Below are positions 58,472 through 64,000 of a stretch of 64,000 nt of DNA, in pieces. The stretch is from Thermodesulfobacteriota bacterium (GTDB lineage Bacteria > Desulfobacterota > Binatia > Bin18): NCBI GenBank assembly GCA_964291405.2, contig OZ219926.1, forward strand, positions 544,001-608,000, written 5' to 3'. The notes under the pieces are model-generated. The model made no database searches. It had not been told where the DNA came from and saw only the letters and a program-made list of their open reading frames with translations. Within the stretch, counting starts at the first letter, position 1; the number at the start of each line of letters is the position of its first letter. The position numbers and the translations under genes were made by a program.

Positions 58472-59017
58472 CTATCCTCCAGCAACAGCGGTCTTTCCAG
58501 CTTTTCTCCGCACGCGCTCATCTATGTATTTAATCCCTTTTCCCTTATAGGGCTCAGGTGGCCGGAGCCGACGGATTGATGCCGCAACTTCTCCAACAAG
58601 TTGTTTATCAACACCCTCAATTGTAATCTGCGTCTGGCGATCAACCTTGGCATTGACCCCCGTGGGCATTTGGAAAAAAATAGGGTGAGAAAATCCGAGG
58701 TTCAATTGGAGTATATCCTTCACCGCGTCGGCCCGATATCCAACTCCATTAATTTCCAGTACCTTTGAAAATCCAGCCGAGACCCCTTGAACCGCATTGG
58801 CGACAAGCTTTCGAGTGAGCCCTTGCCGTGCTTTAGAGCGGCGAGAATCATCCGCCCGTATCAACAGCACACTGGATGTCGTAATTTCGACCGAGAGGGC
58901 GGCGTCAACCGGCACGTGCAGGACTCCCTTTGGCCCTTCAGCCGTCAGCGTTCCCTGGTCGTATGAAACTTTTACCGCATCCGGCAGCAGGACCGGCTTG
59001 TGCCCAACACCAGCCAT
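58472..59017 (-). CDS. rplF: 50S ribosomal protein L6
   Basis: GPKG, GVGYRA, LGFSHP and PEPYKGKG motifs. Confidence 0.97.
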   Translation of the reverse strand: MAGVGHKPVLLPDAVKVSYDQGTLTAEGPKGVLHVPVDAALSVEITTSSVLLIRADDSRRSKARQGLTRKLVANAVQGVSAGFSKVLEINGVGYRADAVKDILQLNLGFSHPIFFQMPTGVNAKVDRQTQITIEGVDKQLVGEVAASIRRLRPPEPYKGKGIKYIDERVRRKAGKTAVAGG

Positions 59018-59039
59018 ACGTTATTGCCCTCTTTCTCCT

Positions 59040-59435
59040 TTACCACGCACTACACAGAACTTCCCCACCTACGTGAAGCGTGCGGGCGTCCCGGTCAACG
59101 ATAACCCCACGAGAGGTCGATAGAATATTCACTCCAAGTCCGTTTCGCACGGCTGGAATCGCATCCGCCCGTACATAGGTTCGTAGGCTCGGCCTACTCA
59201 CGCGCTGCACCCCGTGGAGTGCGGGGCGTCCCGCGTCATCATACTTGAGCTCAATGATGAGACAGGGAAATCCGTTATCCTCAACGTTACGATAATTTTG
59301 GATGAAGCCCTCACTGACAAGGATTTGAACAATGGCTTCCTTGATACGGGAGCGCGGCACCGAGACGGTCTTTTTCCGCGCCCGTAACGCGTTGCGGATA
59401 CATGTCAACAAATCGGCAATAGGGTCAGTCTGCAT
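59040..59435 (-). CDS. rpsH: 30S ribosomal protein S8
   Basis: TDPIAD.LT.IRN, SRP..R.Y, STSRG and GGE motifs. Confidence 0.97.
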   Translation of the reverse strand: MQTDPIADLLTCIRNALRARKKTVSVPRSRIKEAIVQILVSEGFIQNYRNVEDNGFPCLIIELKYDDAGRPALHGVQRVSRPSLRTYVRADAIPAVRNGLGVNILSTSRGVIVDRDARTLHVGGEVLCSAW

Positions 59436-59446
59436 AATCCTCTCCC

Positions 59447-59632
59447 CTACCAACTTGCCTTGGTCATGCCAGGAATTTGGCCCTTCAGCGCATAGGTCCG
59501 CAAGCAGATACGACACATACGGAATCGACGATAGAAACCACGAGAGCGACCACATAGTGGACAGCGATTATATTCCCGAACGCGAAACTTCGGCTTCCGT
59601 TGTGCCTTTACGCGCAAACATGTTCGTGCCAT
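59447..59632 (-). CDS. rpsN: 30S ribosomal protein S14, zinc-binding type Z
   Basis: RCPLCGR..MCRIC.R..KASW, 61 aa. Confidence 0.97.
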   Translation of the reverse strand: MARTCLRVKAQRKPKFRVREYNRCPLCGRSRGFYRRFRMCRICLRTYALKGQIPGMTKASW

Positions 59633-59637
59633 AGCTC

Positions 59638-60177
59638 TTAACTCCGAAAAGGCATGCCAAGGGCCCGTAGTAACGCACGCCCCTCTATATCTGTTTTTGC
59701 CGTCGTTACCATAGAGACGGTAAATCCTTTTATTTGATCAACCCTATCCAAATTTATTTCAGGGAAAATGGTATGCTCCCGAATCCCGAGAGAATAATTC
59801 CCGCGACCGTCAAAAGAACTATCGGATATGCCTCGAAAGTCTCTCACGCGGGGAAGCGCGACACTGACTAGGCGGTCAAAAAACTCATACATGCGCTCCC
59901 CGCGTAACGTGACTGCACAACCGATCGTCATGCCTTCCCGCAGTTTAAAATTCGCAATCGATTTGTGAGCCCGAGTAACCACCGGCTTCTGTCCCACAAT
60001 CAGTCCAATTTCCTCGACACTACTTTCGAGCAATTTGGCGTTTGTGGCTCCTTCTCCCAGCCCCATGTTAATAACAATCTTTGACAGACGAGGGACCTGC
60101 ATCACGTTGGCACACCCCAACTCTTGCTTCAGAGCGGGAAGTATTTGTCTATAGTAGAGGTCTTTAATACGAGCCAT
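59638..60177 (-). CDS. rplE: 50S ribosomal protein L5
   Basis: KIVINMG, FKLREG and LPRVRDFRG motifs. Confidence 0.98.
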   Translation of the reverse strand: MARIKDLYYRQILPALKQELGCANVMQVPRLSKIVINMGLGEGATNAKLLESSVEEIGLIVGQKPVVTRAHKSIANFKLREGMTIGCAVTLRGERMYEFFDRLVSVALPRVRDFRGISDSSFDGRGNYSLGIREHTIFPEINLDRVDQIKGFTVSMVTTAKTDIEGRALLRALGMPFRS

Positions 60178-60182
60178 AACTA

Positions 60183-60497
60183 TTAGTCCAACACATTCCC
60201 GGTTCGCCGACTCACCCGCATCTTCCGTCCATCAACGACCCTGAACCCGACCCGAGTCGGGCGCCCATCTTGAGGGTCGACCAGCATCAAATTTGAGAGA
60301 TGAATGGAGGCCTCTTTTTCTAATATCCCGCCAGAGTCTTGTGGCCCACGCGGCTTGACGTGGCGCTTGACCATATTGAGGCGCTCAACAACGGCTCGGT
60401 CCTGTTGCGGCTGTACCCGGATGACCTTTCCGATTTTTCCTCGCTCTTTTCCAGCGATAATCATCACAGAATCATTTTTTTTAATGCGTGCAGCCAT
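60183..60497 (-). CDS. rplX: 50S ribosomal protein L24
   Basis: KOW motif IAGKERGK.G and EA.IH.SN. Confidence 0.97.
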   Translation of the reverse strand: MAARIKKNDSVMIIAGKERGKIGKVIRVQPQQDRAVVERLNMVKRHVKPRGPQDSGGILEKEASIHLSNLMLVDPQDGRPTRVGFRVVDGRKMRVSRRTGNVLD

Positions 60498-60505
60498 GGC
60501 CTGTC

Positions 60506-60874
60506 CTATAGCACCTCTGGGGCGAGGGAAATGATTTTCATAAAACGCTTCGCCCGTAGCTCACGCGCCACGGGTCCGAAAATACGTGTTCCAAGCGGCT
60601 CACGCTGGTTATCGAGCAGCACGGCGGAATTAGTATCAAAACGGATATACGAGCCATCCGGACGGCCGAGTTCCTTGGCCGTCCGGACAACGACGGCGCG
60701 CATCACATCACCTTTTTTCACTTTCGCATTGGGAATGGCTTCCCGGACCGAAACAACAACTTCATCACCAACCGACGCATATCTCCGGCGTGTCCCACCC
60801 AGGACACGAATACACCGGACGCGTCGTGCCCCCGAGTTATCGGCAACGTCAAGCACGGATTCCACCTGAATCAT
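60506..60874 (-). CDS. rplN: 50S ribosomal protein L14
   Basis: MIQ..L.VADNSGA and [11 protein letters not shown] motifs. Confidence 0.98.
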   Translation of the reverse strand: MIQVESVLDVADNSGARRVRCIRVLGGTRRRYASVGDEVVVSVREAIPNAKVKKGDVMRAVVVRTAKELGRPDGSYIRFDTNSAVLLDNQREPLGTRIFGPVARELRAKRFMKIISLAPEVL

Positions 60875-60886
60875 ACGCCCACCTCT

Positions 60887-61153
60887 TTACTGTACCGTCC
60901 CCGATGTCTCCGACTTCAATACCGCTCGTACGCGCCAGCGTTTATCTCGGCTGAGGGGTCTCGTTTCCGTAATGGTGACAAGATCTCCGGTCCGGCATGC
61001 GTTGGCAGGGTCGTGCGCCTTATATTTTTTCCGTTGGCGAATATACTTCTTGTACATCGGATGACGGACAAGCCGCTCAACTTGGACCGTGACAGTTTTA
61101 TCCATCTTATCACTGACGACGATCCCTTGTCTGACTTTCCGGTTTCCAGGCAC
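60887..61153 (-). CDS. rpsQ: 30S ribosomal protein S17
   Basis: [14 protein letters not shown] and ETRPLS motifs. Confidence 0.98.
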   Translation of the reverse strand: MPGNRKVRQGIVVSDKMDKTVTVQVERLVRHPMYKKYIRQRKKYKAHDPANACRTGDLVTITETRPLSRDKRWRVRAVLKSETSGTVQ

Positions 61154-61155
61154 AC

Positions 61156-61365
61156 CTAGCTCCGTTCTTTACTCGCGGTGCGAATACGTTCGTGTTGTAT
61201 GGTCTTTACCCGAGCAATATCTCGACGAATTTTTCGGATCCGCATAGCATCTTCAATTTGCCCCGTCCCTCTCCTCAAACGGAGACGAAAGAGTTCTTCA
61301 CTCAGCTCTTGCGCTTTTCCCTGCATTTCTTCGTCGGTTAACTCTCGGACTTCACGCGCCCGCAT
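61156..61365 (-). CDS. rpmC: 50S ribosomal protein L29
   Basis: ELF.LR...GQ...RR.IAR.KT motif. Confidence 0.96.
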   Translation of the reverse strand: MRAREVRELTDEEMQGKAQELSEELFRLRLRRGTGQIEDAMRIRKIRRDIARVKTIQHERIRTASKERS

Positions 61366-61780
61366 ATGTCGCTCCTAGTCGCTCTCGTATCTGCGTACTG
61401 ACGGGCAGTTTATTGGCAGCAAGCCGCAACGCCTCACGGGCGGTCTCGCGAGGGACTCCTTCGATTTCGAAGAGCATCCGTCCCGGCTTGACAACAGCAA
61501 CCCAAAATTCGGGCGATGCCTTGCCCTTTCCCATTCGTGTTTCCGTTGGCTTTTTGGTCACTGGCTTATCGGGGAAGATACGTATCCAGATACGCCCCCC
61601 GCGGCGGACATGACGGGTCAAAGCAATCCGGGCGGCTTCTATCTGCCGGGCGGTCACCCAGCCACGTTCAGTCGTTTGCAAGCCATAGTCACCAAACGAG
61701 AGTGTGGCTCCACGGTGGGCGTTACCGTATATGCGTCTCCGCTGCTGTTTTCGGAACTTCGTTTTCCTGGGCGAGAGCAT
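61352..61780 (-). CDS. rplP: 50S ribosomal protein L16
   Basis: RQIEAAR and [19 protein letters not shown] motifs. Confidence 0.98.
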   Translation of the reverse strand: MLSPRKTKFRKQQRRRIYGNAHRGATLSFGDYGLQTTERGWVTARQIEAARIALTRHVRRGGRIWIRIFPDKPVTKKPTETRMGKGKASPEFWVAVVKPGRMLFEIEGVPRETAREALRLAANKLPVSTQIRERLGATYAGA

Positions 61781-61792
61781 ATCTGGCGTCCT

Positions 61793-62455
61793 TTACGCAC
61801 TCACGGTTGAGCGATGTTGCTCTTCTTCTTTCGTGAGGACTTCGCCTCGGAAGATCCATACCTTCACCCCAATCACACCATATGTGGTTCGGGCTTCTGC
61901 CACACCATAGCTAATATCGGCCCGCAAGGTATGCAGTGGAACCCGTCCTTCTCGGTACCACTCGGTACGGGCGATCTCCGCTCCACCGAGCCTCCCTGAA
62001 CAACGCACTTTCACTCCTTGTGCTCCCATGCGAATGGCGCGTGTCACACTCTCCTTCATGGCACGCCGAAAGGCTACCCGTCGCTCAAGCTGAAGAGCGA
62101 CGTTTTCAGAGACGAGTTGCGCGTCCAGGTCGGGACGTCGTACTTCGTGTATATTCAGATAGACTTCTCTATCGGTCTGCTGGGCGAGTTCGGTTTTCAG
62201 CTTTTCTATCTCCACTCCCTTTTTCCCAATCACAATGCCGGGGCGGGCGGTATAGATATTGATTTTTGCCTTGTTCGCAGCGCGCTCGACTTCAATTTTC
62301 GCAATCCCGGCATGATAGAGACGCTTCTTAATGAACTCTCGGATACGAATGTCATCGTGCAGCAACGTGGCATACTCTCTCTCTGCAAACCAGCGAGACT
62401 CCCACCCTTCAAGCACGCCAACCCGGAACCCCTTCGGATGTACTTTCTGACCCAT
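61793..62455 (-). CDS. rpsC: 30S ribosomal protein S3
   Basis: MGQKVHP.GFR, RPG.VIG and [10 protein letters not shown] motifs. Confidence 0.98.
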   Translation of the reverse strand: MGQKVHPKGFRVGVLEGWESRWFAEREYATLLHDDIRIREFIKKRLYHAGIAKIEVERAANKAKINIYTARPGIVIGKKGVEIEKLKTELAQQTDREVYLNIHEVRRPDLDAQLVSENVALQLERRVAFRRAMKESVTRAIRMGAQGVKVRCSGRLGGAEIARTEWYREGRVPLHTLRADISYGVAEARTTYGVIGVKVWIFRGEVLTKEEEQHRSTVSA

Positions 62456-62471
62456 CCTATTCTTCTTTCCT

Positions 62472-62804
62472 CTATTTCTCGTCGACAATAATCGTAAAAT
62501 GACTCGTACGCTTCCGAATCGGCGTTGCGCGTCCGTGCGCGCGGGGAGTAAAGCGCCGAAAAGTCGCTCCCCCGTTTACGGTGGCCTGTTTCACATACAA
62601 TGTATCAGGATCGACATTCTGCGTATCTGTAGCATTGGCAATGGCAGCCTGAAGAGTTTTTGTAAAAACACGCGCCGCCTTCTTCTGGGAAAAACGCAGG
62701 ACCATAAGCGCTTCTTCGACCTGTTTGCCACGGATGAGATCCGCCACTAGACGGGCTTTCCGCGGCGCCATTCGCACATGGCGAGTGATTGAGCGAACCT
62801 CCAT
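62472..62804 (-). CDS. rplV: 50S ribosomal protein L22
   Basis: [13 protein letters not shown] and PRA.GRA..I.KRTSH motifs. Confidence 0.98.
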   Translation of the reverse strand: MEVRSITRHVRMAPRKARLVADLIRGKQVEEALMVLRFSQKKAARVFTKTLQAAIANATDTQNVDPDTLYVKQATVNGGATFRRFTPRAHGRATPIRKRTSHFTIIVDEK

Positions 62805-62816
62805 AGCTGCTACCTT

Positions 62817-63101
62817 CTATCTCCTTTTCACGTCACCCTTCTTATCTCCGGCATGGCCATAGAATGTCCGCGTTGGAGAAAATTCACCGAGTTTATGACC
62901 GACCATATTTTCAGTCACATAGACGGGGATGAATTTCCTTCCATTGTGCACGGCAAATGTCAATCCAATCATTTCAGGGATAATCGTGGACCGGCGGGAC
63001 CAGGTTTTAATCACCTTTTTATCACCGCTTTGCACGGCCGTATCGACCTTCTTCAACAAGTGGTCGTCAATGAATGGACCTTTTTTGACTGAGCGGGGCA
63101 T
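62817..63101 (-). CDS. rpsS: 30S ribosomal protein S19
   Basis: MPRS.KKGPF, TWSRRS and VGHKLGEF motifs. Confidence 0.98.
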   Translation of the reverse strand: MPRSVKKGPFIDDHLLKKVDTAVQSGDKKVIKTWSRRSTIIPEMIGLTFAVHNGRKFIPVYVTENMVGHKLGEFSPTRTFYGHAGDKKGDVKRR

Positions 63102-63102
63102 C

Positions 63103-63930
63103 TTATTTCTTTCTCTTTTGGACAATATATTTATCTGACTTTGAGCGCCGTCTAGTCTTATACCCCTTGGCTAGCACCCCCCAGGGACTCATGGGATGAT
63201 TCCCTTTACTTCTTCCTTCACCTCCCCCAAGTGGGTGGTCTACCGGATTCATGGCAATGCCTCGCACGCGCGGCCGACGGCCAAACCACCGACTCCGACC
63301 CGCCTTCCCATACGAGACGTTCTCATGATCGAGGTTGCCGACCTGACCGATAGTAGCTTTACAGTTTTGATGCACCAGCCGCATTTCTCCCGAAGGGAGC
63401 TTCACGGTTGCGTACACGCCTTCTCTCGCCATCAGCTGCGCAGCGGTCCCGGCACTTCTGACAATCTGAGCCCCTTTGCCTATCTTCAGCTCTATGTTGT
63501 GGATAATCGTACCAACCGGAATACACCGCAACGGTAAACAATTGCCGGGACGAATATCTGCTGATTCTCCCGACATGACAACATGACCAACATTCAGGCC
63601 AGCAGGGGCGAGGATGTAGCGTTTCTCTCCATCCCGATAATGGAGTTGGGCAATATGGGCAGAGCGGTTTGGATCATATTCTATAGCAGCAACCTTCGCC
63701 TCAATACCGTCCTTGCCGCGGCGGAAGTCTATCAAACGATACCGTCGTTTATGGCCACCGCCCCGGTGAAGGACAGTGAGTCGCCCTCTATTATTCCGCC
63801 CACCATGCTTATGGAGGGGTGCCAGCAAGGACCGCTCCGGCCCTTCTTTTGTCTTCGCTATCTCACTGAAGCCAGAGACACTTTGGAAGCGCCTCCCAGC
63901 AGACGTTGGTTTGTACTGTCGGACAGCCAC
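63103..63930 (-). CDS. rplB: 50S ribosomal protein L2
   Basis: [16 protein letters not shown] and MNPVDHP.GGGEG motifs. Confidence 0.98.
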   Translation of the reverse strand: MAVRQYKPTSAGRRFQSVSGFSEIAKTKEGPERSLLAPLHKHGGRNNRGRLTVLHRGGGHKRRYRLIDFRRGKDGIEAKVAAIEYDPNRSAHIAQLHYRDGEKRYILAPAGLNVGHVVMSGESADIRPGNCLPLRCIPVGTIIHNIELKIGKGAQIVRSAGTAAQLMAREGVYATVKLPSGEMRLVHQNCKATIGQVGNLDHENVSYGKAGRSRWFGRRPRVRGIAMNPVDHPLGGGEGRSKGNHPMSPWGVLAKGYKTRRRSKSDKYIVQKRKK

Positions 63931-63933
63931 GAG

Positions 63934-64000
63934 TTATGCCCCTTCAAAGAAGTCTATACGGTCGCCATCACGTAAGGTGACATAGGCCTTCTTCCAGGCT
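63934..64000 (-). CDS. rplW: 50S ribosomal protein L23, C-terminal fragment at the window edge
   Basis: Manual translation gives ...AWKKAYVTLRDGDRIDFFEGA*, upstream of rplB. Confidence 0.92.
   Translation of the reverse strand, partial: AWKKAYVTLRDGDRIDFFEGA

Noticed and set aside
51619-64000. Many plus-strand ORFs of 60-266 aa antisense to ribosomal protein and rpoA genes, and similar shadow ORFs elsewhere
   Set aside because: They overlap well-conserved genes, have no recognisable motifs and are expected in GC-rich DNA.

Overview
Bacterial chromosomal window from a Gram-negative (LPS-producing) organism of moderately high GC. Gene content and order suggest a deltaproteobacteria-like lineage such as Binatota, but this is inference only. 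It is mostly housekeeping DNA. 1-20 kb: small-molecule enzymes, tRNA-Pro(GGG), surE-iscS-mnmA-mtaB-rnc-pyrD, fabI, gltA, a laforin/SEX4-like phosphatase, hemW and lexA. 21-41 kb: a long lipid A/LPS-core operon running into yicC-gmk-spoT. 41-51 kb, minus strand: trpDCFBA-accD-folC-lptD-hldC-rpmB. 51.6-64 kb: the S10-spc-alpha ribosomal protein superoperon, which lacks adk and infA. No integrase, transposase, phage gene or CRISPR array was recognised. The stand-out signal is an AT-rich (44/112 G+C), multi-hairpin 112-bp element. It occurs once as a monomer (3963-4074) and once as an internally amplified array of about 67-bp units between iscS and mnmA (6935-7307). At both sites it appears to supply the RBS, start codon and first 15 or more codons of the downstream gene. 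In the array it also supplies the iscS stop codon and forms a chain of 21-codon mini-ORFs linked by TGA-T-ATG that leads into mnmA.
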